Shown one piece after another: positions 18,083 to 26,964 of a stretch of DNA of 64,000 nucleotides. Origin of the DNA: an uncultured Bacteroides sp. (GTDB lineage: Bacteria > Bacteroidota > Bacteroidia > Bacteroidales > GCA-2748055). Position 1 is the first letter of the stretch; each line of letters opens with the position of its first letter. The DNA is taken from assembly GCA_964467775.1 (NCBI GenBank), contig CAYXUD010000112.1, positions 334 to 64,333 on the forward strand, in the 5' to 3' direction. The notes beneath the pieces were generated by a model that did not search any database, was not told where the DNA came from, and saw only the letters and a list, made by a program, of their open reading frames with translations. The position numbers and the translations under genes were made by a program.

Positions 18083-19672
18083 ATGGCAGAAAAACCGCAA
18101 AGTGAAAAAGGGAGCAAAATGAAACGAAGGGACCTCTTGAAAGGATTTGCCACACTCCCAGTAATTGGCGCATTTGTATATGGAGCCTGGAGAAAAAGAA
18201 GACAGGATCATATCAGGAGTCACCGGCTCGCCAGTGAATTGAACATGAGCATCGGCGACCTGGAATATAAAAGATACACGCATGAGGGTGACTCTATCAG
18301 GCTGGGCATCATCGGATATGGTTCAAGGGGGACACATTTGATGCAAGCAGCCGGCTTTGTACCTCCGGAAACGGTCAAGGACTGGAAAGATTCGATGAAG
18401 TATAATCCGAACGATTCGAGATATGAAGATTTTCTTCAGCAGGATGATTTGAACATTGTGGTCAATGGTGTATGCGACCTTTTTGATGTCCGTGCAGAGG
18501 AGGCACTCAAAGCCGCAGCCAACGTTCATCGTGAAGTCCCGGGGAGAAACATGGGAAAACAGGCTAAAAGATACATGAACTATCAGGATTTGCTGTCAGC
18601 AGATGATATTGATGCTGTAATCATTGCCACTCCCGACCACTGGCATGCCCGTATCGCCATTGATGCGGCCCGTGCAGGCAAACATATCTATGTAGAGAAA
18701 GGGCTTGCCCGCAGGGTTGAGGAAGTTTTTGCCATCAGGGATGCCGTAAGGAAGAGCGGGATCATTTTCCAACTGGGACATCAGGGAAGACAAACAGAGA
18801 GCTACATCAAGGCAAAGGAGGCGGTGGAGAAGAACCTGCTGGGTAAGATTAGCCTGGTTGAAGTTTGTACCAACCGCAATGATCCCAACGGAGCCTGGAT
18901 ATACGATATACACCCGGATGCTAACGCTCGCACGGTTGACTGGATGCAGTTCGAGGCGCCCTGTGAGGAAAAACATCCATTCAGTGCCGAACGTTTTTTC
19001 CGCTGGCGTTGCTGGTGGGATTATGGTACAGGATTATCGGGAGATCTCCTTACCCACGAATATGATGCCGTTAATCAGATCCTCGGTATGGGGATCCCGG
19101 AATCTGTAGTTTCCTCTGGGGGGGTCTATTTTTTTGAACAGCCGGGAGATTACGTCAGCGAGGTCAGGGAGGTCCCTGATGTCTGGAATGCAGTTTTTGA
19201 ATATCCCCATCTCAATTTTTCATTGCTCTACAGTGCCACCCTGGCCAACAGCCGCGACCGGGGCAAGGTGATCATGGGACACGATGCTTCTATGGAGCTG
19301 GGGAACAATCTGCTCATCTATGCCTGTGAGGAAAGCACCAGGTACAAGGATAAAATCGAGAACGGACTGATCCGGCCGGATCTGCCAATTTATACATACA
19401 TACCAGGACGCAAGAATGTGGATGGGGTGACCACACCTACGGAACAGTACTTTGCCAACAGGGGATTGCTATATACATATCGTGGGGGCCGCAGGGTAGA
19501 TACCACTCATCTGCATATTGCAGAGTGGATTGAAGCCATCAGGGAGGGGAAGCAACCCAGTTGCAACATAGACCAGGCATTTGAGGAAGGTATTTCAGCA
19601 GCCATGGCAACCATCGCTTACAGGGAAAATCGAAAGGTTTTCTGGGACAGGGAACGGGAACAGGTTATCTGA
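18083..19672 (+). CDS. Gfo/Idh/MocA-family NAD(P)-dependent oxidoreductase with a TAT signal (periplasmic)
   Basis: MKRRDLLKGFATLPVIGAFVYGA (alternative ATG at 18119). Rossmann motif IRLGIIGYGSRG. The HIYVEKGL motif is typical of the family. Confidence 0.85.
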   Translation: MAEKPQSEKGSKMKRRDLLKGFATLPVIGAFVYGAWRKRRQDHIRSHRLASELNMSIGDLEYKRYTHEGDSIRLGIIGYGSRGTHLMQAAGFVPPETVKDWKDSMKYNPNDSRYEDFLQQDDLNIVVNGVCDLFDVRAEEALKAAANVHREVPGRNMGKQAKRYMNYQDLLSADDIDAVIIATPDHWHARIAIDAARAGKHIYVEKGLARRVEEVFAIRDAVRKSGIIFQLGHQGRQTESYIKAKEAVEKNLLGKISLVEVCTNRNDPNGAWIYDIHPDANARTVDWMQFEAPCEEKHPFSAERFFRWRCWWDYGTGLSGDLLTHEYDAVNQILGMGIPESVVSSGGVYFFEQPGDYVSEVREVPDVWNAVFEYPHLNFSLLYSATLANSRDRGKVIMGHDASMELGNNLLIYACEESTRYKDKIENGLIRPDLPIYTYIPGRKNVDGVTTPTEQYFANRGLLYTYRGGRRVDTTHLHIAEWIEAIREGKQPSCNIDQAFEEGISAAMATIAYRENRKVFWDREREQVI

Positions 19673-19841
19673 ACCGGTTACTGAAACGACTGACAGCAAG
19701 CTGAGGGAACCGGTCATGGGATCCATGGCAACAGCTGTGCTTGTTAGGATCTTAAGCCCCTGATACCGGGGCGGGGCAATCCATAATAACAAAAAATCCT
19801 CTGGTTTAGAAGCAGAGCGAAGGATTGAGATAAAAGCAAAA

Positions 19842-21182
19842 CTACTGGGATAGTCTGAGTAGTCTCACAGCATTGTCATGAAGGATCATCTGGGCAATTT
19901 GTTTTGCCTCGGATTCAGATAAATATCCGTCTCTTACCTTATCTGTTAACACCTTTATAATAACCTGTTTTCCCATTAGCAAATGCGCATATGCATTCTC
20001 AACGTTCAGGTAATCACCTCCAAATCCCATAATCTTGGACGCCGGAACCGTCTCGAGCCATTCATGCAGATATCTCTCAGAATATGAAGGAGAAATAACA
20101 TACAACCAACACATATCGATATAGACATTGTGGAAGTTTTTGGCAAGTGTTGACAACTCTCCACCATAAGGATAACTGCCATGAAATAGAATAAAATTCA
20201 CATCGGGGTATTCAAAGAACAGGTTAACAAGGTGAGTGGGATTCGAATTCTCAATGATGTTCTCATTAAGATGAAGTCCTGTGTGTATCTGAACGGGTAA
20301 TTTGTTATCTCTGGCAAGATCTAAAAGACGATGCATCATGTAATCCTGGAAAGGTTTGACTTCTCTAAAAGAAAACCATGTTCCATCCGGAGAATTCATC
20401 AATTTTTCAAAAACTTCTTCTGCACTCTCCCTGCTGGAATCCTCAAAATTCAAAGTGCGGTCATAGGCAAGAGCAGTTTTTATGCCGACAATTCCCTCCG
20501 CTTTTGCTTCGTTAAAAGCACTTTCAAGCGCCTCTGTGAAATCATCAAGTGTTTCAATACTCATATTTTGATCTTGGCCAATTGAGATGATTCTGTCTTT
20601 CGAATGGACATGTATAAAATGATCCAGCCTCTTAACATAACGAAAACCGTCTGTTCCAAAACTTCGGTCTTCACTGTCCTGTATCAGATAATCAATCATG
20701 CATATATCCTTTATTACATGATTGATCCAGTCAGTCTGATAAGCTTTCCCGATCTTTTCAGAGAGCAGTTCAACAGTTGATTCATTGATGTCATCAATTC
20801 CAAACAATTTATCAGCCGCAAGAAGAGATGCACGGTTATAAGCTGTATTTTTCGAACTTTCCCAGAAGGGTTTCAGGATTTCCCACTTTTCCTTGATCGA
20901 CAAAATGGAATCATCCCGTAATGTTGAAAGAGATGGCGATCCAGCTGATTGCAGATCACAGGCGGAATAATGCTGCAACAACACCATAAAATCGAGTGTT
21001 GTCCTTTGTTTTAGCGCGGATTGACTCATCAAATGCTCGTGCGTGTCAACAACAGTCATATTATTGACATAGTCACTTATCCGCTGTTCAAATCCGCTTG
21101 CTGGTAATGGCCTGATCTGTATCTGAGTCTGTGCTAAAAAAGGAATAGAAAACAAAATGACAAATAGATAAACTGATTTCAT
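19842..21182 (-). CDS. Secreted amidohydrolase-2-family metal-dependent hydrolase
   Basis: Signal peptide MKSVYLFVILFSIPFLAQ. HxH motif VVDTHEHL. C-terminal ILHDNAVRLLRL is typical of PF04909-type enzymes. Confidence 0.65.
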   Translation of the reverse strand: MKSVYLFVILFSIPFLAQTQIQIRPLPASGFEQRISDYVNNMTVVDTHEHLMSQSALKQRTTLDFMVLLQHYSACDLQSAGSPSLSTLRDDSILSIKEKWEILKPFWESSKNTAYNRASLLAADKLFGIDDINESTVELLSEKIGKAYQTDWINHVIKDICMIDYLIQDSEDRSFGTDGFRYVKRLDHFIHVHSKDRIISIGQDQNMSIETLDDFTEALESAFNEAKAEGIVGIKTALAYDRTLNFEDSSRESAEEVFEKLMNSPDGTWFSFREVKPFQDYMMHRLLDLARDNKLPVQIHTGLHLNENIIENSNPTHLVNLFFEYPDVNFILFHGSYPYGGELSTLAKNFHNVYIDMCWLYVISPSYSERYLHEWLETVPASKIMGFGGDYLNVENAYAHLLMGKQVIIKVLTDKVRDGYLSESEAKQIAQMILHDNAVRLLRLSQ

Positions 21183-21348
21183 GGTTTGGTTTTTACTAAG
21201 TGTTTTTTAATCTGCTTTGACGAATGAACCATGCATTGATAAAACCTTTTGGAACACTGTTGTATCATGGGTTTTTTCCTAACTAATTTCATCAAGATTC
21301 CGGACATTACCAAATCATTTTACTGAGGTTCCTTCACGCTGCTGGCAA

Positions 21349-22086
21349 CTATTGATTTAATCCCAATTCCCGGATCCAGATGTTCCGGTAAGAAACCGGA
21401 TTGGAATGATCCTGAAGTATCAGCGGCAACTTTTCTGCATGTTTCCAATATCTTGGCCTACCGGTATATACCGTAGGTCCCTGAATTTCCACGTGGTTCT
21501 GAATAAGCACACCATTATGCACGACGGTTATATAAGCCGGTGTATCTATCGACCCGTCCTCACTGAACCTTGGTGCGGTAAAGAAGATATCGAAGATCTG
21601 CCATTCACCGGGGGGCCGGCAAGCATTTACCAGGGGGATGTGCTGCTTATAGATGGAACCCGCCTGTCCGTTGTAATAGGTTTCGTTTTCATAGGAGTCC
21701 AGTACCTGGACTTCATAGAGGCCCATCAGGTATATCCCACTGTTTCCTCGTTCCTGACCTTTCCCTTCAATGACTTCGGGGGTGCGCCATTCCACATGTA
21801 ACTGAACGTCCCCAAAGCTTTGTTTTGTCTGGATGTCTCCTGAATGCGGAACAACAGACAGCACATCTTCAACTTTCCAGGTGATCGGTTCACCATTCAC
21901 ATCAACCCAGTTGACTGTATCGGTTGGGTCATCATAGAGCACAATGGCATCAGAAGGTGCCTGGGTGCCTTTCCCGGGAGTGACCACTTCTGGTTCCCTC
22001 GACCAGTCCTCAGTTTCTTCAGGTTTCTGGCCATCCAAATGATTCATGATAAAGCTTAAGAAAACGAGTAACAGAATGATTTTCAT
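21349..22086 (-). CDS. DUF1080 (3-keto-disaccharide hydrolase-like, concanavalin fold) secreted protein
   Basis: Signal peptide. GNSGIYLMGLYEVQVLDS...GSIYKQ...GEWQIFDI...LILQDHSNPVSYRNIWIREL matches the DUF1080 pattern. Confidence 0.75.
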   Translation of the reverse strand: MKIILLLVFLSFIMNHLDGQKPEETEDWSREPEVVTPGKGTQAPSDAIVLYDDPTDTVNWVDVNGEPITWKVEDVLSVVPHSGDIQTKQSFGDVQLHVEWRTPEVIEGKGQERGNSGIYLMGLYEVQVLDSYENETYYNGQAGSIYKQHIPLVNACRPPGEWQIFDIFFTAPRFSEDGSIDTPAYITVVHNGVLIQNHVEIQGPTVYTGRPRYWKHAEKLPLILQDHSNPVSYRNIWIRELGLNQ

Positions 22087-22211
22087 TTTTTTTTGAGTTA
22101 AAATAAAATAAAGATTATGGATCCCCCATATGAAAAGTTGAGGCAGTCTTAAGCAAATTCAAGAGCATGTTATATGTGTTACCCGGGTCAGGTCTATTAT
22201 TAAGAGGAGAG

Positions 22212-23000
22212 CTATCTGCTCAGATCAAGCAATTCCACCTTCCGGAACTCAAAGGGGTGACTCTCGGCCTGGAGGGCAATGTAACCTGAAGTGACCGGGG
22301 TGCCTTCCGGCAGGGGGAATCCTTCCGGCAGGTCCCCTCCGATTTGGGGTTTTGAATAGGTCAGCACCGTATCGCCCTCCACAATGTGATGGATGATGCT
22401 GTCGCCATAGACCACCAGCTCAAAGTGGACCCATTCCTCTCCGTGGTATGTTCCGGAGGTGGAATTGATACAGTGCTGAGTTACCAGATGACCATCGATT
22501 ACAACATCTGTTCCGGGAGTGCACAGATTTCCGGTGGGCCGTTCTCCTTCTCCCGATCCACCCAGGAGCTGAGCCTCGAGGCATACCGGGAAATCCTGGT
22601 TGATCAGCATCTCTTCAGGTGGTCGTGCATGATACATCACCCCGCTGTTCTTAAAGGCCCAGTCAGGACCTCCTTTTACCTGCTCTCCCACGATCCTGTA
22701 TTCAAGCCTCAGTTTGAAGTGTGAATAGGGAGTCTTGTAGAAAATGTGGCCAAACTCATCATCGAACATGTCATACTCCTTGTAGCTAGTAACCAGCATT
22801 CCGTCTCTCACCCCGAATGTATTGTTGAAATTTTCACCTAGCGGGTGCTTATTTATTTTAATGGTCCAGTCGTCCAGGTCCTTTCCGTTGAAAAGCTGAA
22901 TCCACTTTTCACGCGGGGTATCCTCGCTGGTTTTCTTGGATTGGTTACATGCGACAAGCAACAAGACCAGGACCGGAAAGATGGCTAATACTTTCATCAT
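22212..23000 (-). CDS. DUF1080-family lipoprotein
   Basis: The ATG at 23000 gives the lipoprotein signal MMKVLAIFPVLVLLLVAC. WIQLFNGKDLDDWTIK, NSGVMYHA and YIALQAESHPFEFRKVELLDL are typical of DUF1080. The upstream extension to 23087 is unlikely to be real. Confidence 0.75.
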   Translation of the reverse strand: MMKVLAIFPVLVLLLVACNQSKKTSEDTPREKWIQLFNGKDLDDWTIKINKHPLGENFNNTFGVRDGMLVTSYKEYDMFDDEFGHIFYKTPYSHFKLRLEYRIVGEQVKGGPDWAFKNSGVMYHARPPEEMLINQDFPVCLEAQLLGGSGEGERPTGNLCTPGTDVVIDGHLVTQHCINSTSGTYHGEEWVHFELVVYGDSIIHHIVEGDTVLTYSKPQIGGDLPEGFPLPEGTPVTSGYIALQAESHPFEFRKVELLDLSR

Positions 23001-23311
23001 AGTAGTTGTATTGAAGCGAAACAGGAATATAGAGTATGAATAGATAAGGATTGCAATATATGATATTCTGTCAGAAACAAACACCATTTACATGAAAAGA
23101 TTTGATCAGTCATACATTTACGAGCTATTTTGCAATTGTAATATCAGGCAAAGCACATGATCTTGCAGCCAGAGAAAGGTGGCCGGACAATCAGTGGTTA
23201 TATGGCCTGTTAGAAGCATCTGCGTGGCATCGGCCTTATCTTCTCCCGATATGATAAGCATAATCTTCCGTATTCATGTCCAGATGAACAATTGCCTTCC
23301 GATCCAGCGCA

Positions 23312-24388
23312 CTATTTCAGCCACAGCTTGTAGGGCTTATCGGCATCCGTATGGAAAGGAAGCTTCACTTTTTTACCGGTACCCGCTGACTCGTAAGCCG
23401 CAAAGATCACTTCAAGAACGGTTTTTCCGTCCACTCCTGTCACCACCGGGGTTTTATCATTTTTCACACAGTCCACAAAATGCTCAAATTCATGCGGGAA
23501 GCCGTAATTCCAGACCTCCTCGTACATGGTGAAGCTCCATCCCATCGTGTTACCTGCTTTTTCCACGGCATAGCCCACACCTTCCGAACTATAGGTTTGA
23601 ATGGAATTGCCCTGCAGAACATCGGCGTAGGCCACACCTTTGGAACCATGGATCTCGGCACGGTCATCCATTCCCCCCAGCTTGGTCCAGCTCTCCTCGG
23701 CTACAGCTGTGACGCCATTCTCAAATTCCAGGATAAGGATCGCATTGTCATCACCTCTGGTCCGCTTCTGATGGACACTGGTGGTCATATGGGCATAGAC
23801 CGATCTGACGGGGTTCCGTCCGTTCAGCCATCGGAAGAACTCGATGGCATGGCACCCCATGTCCATGGTCACGCCGCCTCCCGACCGCTCCACGTCCCAG
23901 AAGTGATCAGCGTGGGGTCCGTCATGCTTCTCGGATTGTTTGAACAGTACGGGTTTACCCAGGGCACCTTCATCAAGCAGCGCCTTGAGCCTTACATATT
24001 TGGGAGTAAAGCAGAGCTCCTCCGCATACATTAGCTTCACATTTGCTCTTTTGCAGGCACCGATCATCCGATCCGCTTCAGCCAGGTTAAGACAAAGCGG
24101 CTTTTCCACCACTACGTGCTTCCCTGCAGCGGCAGCTTTTTCTGTGATTTCACAATGAACATGATTGGGTGCACCTATAACCACCATATCGATTTCGTCC
24201 ATGGAAAGCATCTCCTCCAGGCGGGTGAAATGGTTGGGGATCCCGTGGTTTTTTGCGAAATCCTCCACGTGTTCTTTGGTGGGGGACATGGCTGCCACGA
24301 CCTGGGCGTCCGGAACCGATTTCAGGGCTTCAGCATGAATTGAAGAAACGAACTGGGACCCGATGAGTCCAATACATACTTTTTCCAT
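23312..24388 (-). CDS. Gfo/Idh/MocA-family oxidoreductase (no signal peptide, presumably cytoplasmic)
   Basis: MEKVCIGLIGSQFVSSIHAEAL Rossmann start (ATG 24388) and HVVVEKPL. The ORF track extends to 24502, but that part has no family-like sequence. Confidence 0.85.
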   Translation of the reverse strand: MEKVCIGLIGSQFVSSIHAEALKSVPDAQVVAAMSPTKEHVEDFAKNHGIPNHFTRLEEMLSMDEIDMVVIGAPNHVHCEITEKAAAAGKHVVVEKPLCLNLAEADRMIGACKRANVKLMYAEELCFTPKYVRLKALLDEGALGKPVLFKQSEKHDGPHADHFWDVERSGGGVTMDMGCHAIEFFRWLNGRNPVRSVYAHMTTSVHQKRTRGDDNAILILEFENGVTAVAEESWTKLGGMDDRAEIHGSKGVAYADVLQGNSIQTYSSEGVGYAVEKAGNTMGWSFTMYEEVWNYGFPHEFEHFVDCVKNDKTPVVTGVDGKTVLEVIFAAYESAGTGKKVKLPFHTDADKPYKLWLK

Positions 24389-25149
24389 AATCATTCTTGT
24401 TTTTATTGTAGTTATACGTTCTTGAGAGTTCAATATCCGCTTGCTGATAGTCTGCTTCTTCTGTGATAGTCCGCGCCTCCATCTACTTGGGAAGAAAAAC
24501 ATCCACTAAAGGAGGGATTTTATTCAGGCATCCGAGGAGAGTCAGTATCGAACGGTCACCAACTGTGGAAATATTTAAACCCAGCGGGGTCTTATGGTAT
24601 CTACTTCTCTGTATATATCTAGTCTTAATTCCGATTGCAATCATCCTTTTCAACACGCAAACCCCCGGCAGATCCTTTCCAATAATGCCCAGTGAGGCAA
24701 TACGCCCACAATAAACGAATAATCCGGCAGTATCCAGTAAAGCATGATCATACGCGGCATGATCGTATCAGCCCTCACTCTTGATGCATTAAAGTATAAA
24801 TATAGATATAAAATGTGAAAATGGTTTATGATTCTTGATAATGGCCGTATTGCGAAGTTAACTGCCATTAGTGGCTCTGTTTTTCATCTTTCACAATGAT
24901 CAGAACCATCGGAAGCAGATACAGAATAAAGAATTCGTAAGGTGCCGTCCGTCGCAATGAAATAATAAGCAAACAAACTCAAAAAAATATTTATATATTT
25001 AAAATGAATGACCTCTAATGATCATATGTGGATCATATCAAGAATGCAGAATTTCTGGCGAATTTTAAAAAATATCTGAGGTGGGATTCCAAAACCGGTC
25101 CGTCTATTGCTGACATTTTATGCAAACAACATAACCGATTATTCAGAAT

Positions 25150-26349
25150 ATGAAAATCAAGACCAGATTACAGCTTTCCACCCTTATGTTTCTCCAATAT
25201 TTCATCTGGGGGACCTGGTATGTCACACTGAACACTTACTTGGGTGAAACCTTGCAGTTTACAGGAACACAGATCGGCCTGTGCTATGGTACATTTGCCA
25301 TTGCAGCCATGATCTCACCTTTCTTCGTTGGATTGATCGCAGATAAGTTCTTTGCCACGCAAAAGGTACTTGGTACCATGCACTTGCTTGGGGCTATCCT
25401 GCTGGTGGTAGTTGCCCAGGCGAAGACTTTCCAGTTTTTCTACCCGAGCTTGCTGCTCTATACTTTGTCCTATACACCAACCATGGCCCTTTCCAATTCC
25501 CTTTCCTTCCACCAAATGGAAGACCCGGGAAAACAGTTCCCGGGAGTGAGGGTGCTGGGTACCATCGGCTGGATCGCAGCAAATAATGTAATCGGTCTGC
25601 TTGGCTTTACCAATGAAGTCGGTCAGCTTTATACTGGAGCGGTGGTCTCGCTGCTACTGGGATTCTATTCCTTCACCCTTCCACATGTGCCTCCCAAGAA
25701 AGAGACCAAGGCCACCTTCAAGGAATTACTGGGATTCGATGCCCTGCGTCTGTTCAGATCCAGGCCTTTCGCTGTTGTGATACTGGCATCGGTGCTAACC
25801 TGCATTCCGCTCTCCTTCTACTTTGGATTTACGGCCTCGTTTCTTTCGGATATCGGAATGAAATTTATTCCTAACAAGCTGAGTTTGGGGCAGGTATCCG
25901 AGATATTCTTCCTGCTTATACTTCCTTTCTTCCTGGCCAGGTTTGGTGTTAAACGCGTCTTGTTCATCGGTATGTCCGCCTGGCTGATACGGTACTTCTG
26001 CTTTGCTAACGGGAATATGGAGAGCGGTCTCTGGATGATCTTTACAGGGATTCTGCTGCATGGCGTATGTTACGATTTCTTCTTCGTAACGGGGCAGATC
26101 TATGTGGACAAGGCTGCCCCGGCCCACCTGAAAAGCTCTGCACAGGGTCTGATCACCTTTGCAACCTATGGTCTGGGAATGTTCATCGGAACCTGGTTTG
26201 CTGGCAGAACTGTGGATCTGTTCACGTTGGACGGAATGCCTGAATGGACAAGGATCTGGTACGTACCAGCGCTCCTGGCAGCCCTGGTACTGATCCTCTT
26301 TGTGATTCTTTTCAGTGAAAAAAGGAAGCAGAAAATAATTGATAAATGA
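25150..26349 (+). CDS. nupG: NupG/XapB-type nucleoside:H+ symporter (MFS)
   Basis: LQLSTLMFLQYFIWGTWYVTLNTYL, MISPFFVGLIADKFF, RVLGTIGWI and ISEIFFLLILPFFLARFG parallel E. coli NupG motifs. Confidence 0.8.
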   Translation: MKIKTRLQLSTLMFLQYFIWGTWYVTLNTYLGETLQFTGTQIGLCYGTFAIAAMISPFFVGLIADKFFATQKVLGTMHLLGAILLVVVAQAKTFQFFYPSLLLYTLSYTPTMALSNSLSFHQMEDPGKQFPGVRVLGTIGWIAANNVIGLLGFTNEVGQLYTGAVVSLLLGFYSFTLPHVPPKKETKATFKELLGFDALRLFRSRPFAVVILASVLTCIPLSFYFGFTASFLSDIGMKFIPNKLSLGQVSEIFFLLILPFFLARFGVKRVLFIGMSAWLIRYFCFANGNMESGLWMIFTGILLHGVCYDFFFVTGQIYVDKAAPAHLKSSAQGLITFATYGLGMFIGTWFAGRTVDLFTLDGMPEWTRIWYVPALLAALVLILFVILFSEKRKQKIIDK

Positions 26350-26964
26350 ATGTATAAAGTTTTTTTCAGGGACCGGACCGCATACCTTGGCGATGACTTC
26401 TCAGCCATTACAAAGAAGCAGTGCGGGCTGTCATACAGGTACAGGAACCGCACGGAACTGCAGGAGGTGGTGGATGCCTATTTCCGGATGGAGCATATCG
26501 GGAGCCTTCACCTGGTTCATGAGGAGTTGGATCAGCTGGTCAGTGCATTCAGGGCCTGTTTTACATGCATCGAGGCGGGCGGCGGGGTGGTCCGAAACCG
26601 GAAGGATGAATTCCTTGTGATCGAGCGCAGGGGGGTATGGGACCTGCCCAAGGGAAAGCTGCAGAGGGGCGAGGATTTTGAAGCTGCTGCCCTCAGGGAG
26701 GTGGAGGAGGAGACCGGACTGGAGGGGCTGGAACTGCTGCGGCCCATCATCCCCACCTTCCACACGTACGAGCTCTCCGGCCGGAAGGTGCTGAAGGAGA
26801 CAAGGTGGTTCGAGATGCGCAGCCCGGGCAGGAAGGAACCCCTCCTGCAGTCAGAGGAGGGGATCACGCGGTACAGGTGGGTGAAGCCGGGGGAGACCCG
26901 GTTCATCAAAAAGAACACCTATATGAGCATCCTGGAGGTGCTCAAGGCCGGCGGCATGCTATGA
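26350..26964 (+). CDS. NUDIX hydrolase
   Basis: Nudix box GKLQRGEDFEAAALREVEEETGL. Its ATG directly abuts the nupG stop (TGAATG). Confidence 0.85.
   Translation: MYKVFFRDRTAYLGDDFSAITKKQCGLSYRYRNRTELQEVVDAYFRMEHIGSLHLVHEELDQLVSAFRACFTCIEAGGGVVRNRKDEFLVIERRGVWDLPKGKLQRGEDFEAAALREVEEETGLEGLELLRPIIPTFHTYELSGRKVLKETRWFEMRSPGRKEPLLQSEEGITRYRWVKPGETRFIKKNTYMSILEVLKAGGML

Noticed and set aside
21406-21801. A 131-aa + strand ORF inside the first DUF1080 gene; similar ORFs lie inside the second DUF1080 gene (22386-22724) and the Gfo/Idh/MocA gene (23480-24034)
   Set aside because: They are antisense to genes with clear family motifs and have no independent support.
24463-24868. 83-aa and 72-aa ORFs in the AT-rich gap
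   Set aside because: Their composition is implausible and they have no motifs. They overlap each other on opposite strands, and one overlaps the extended upstream part of the oxidoreductase ORF.
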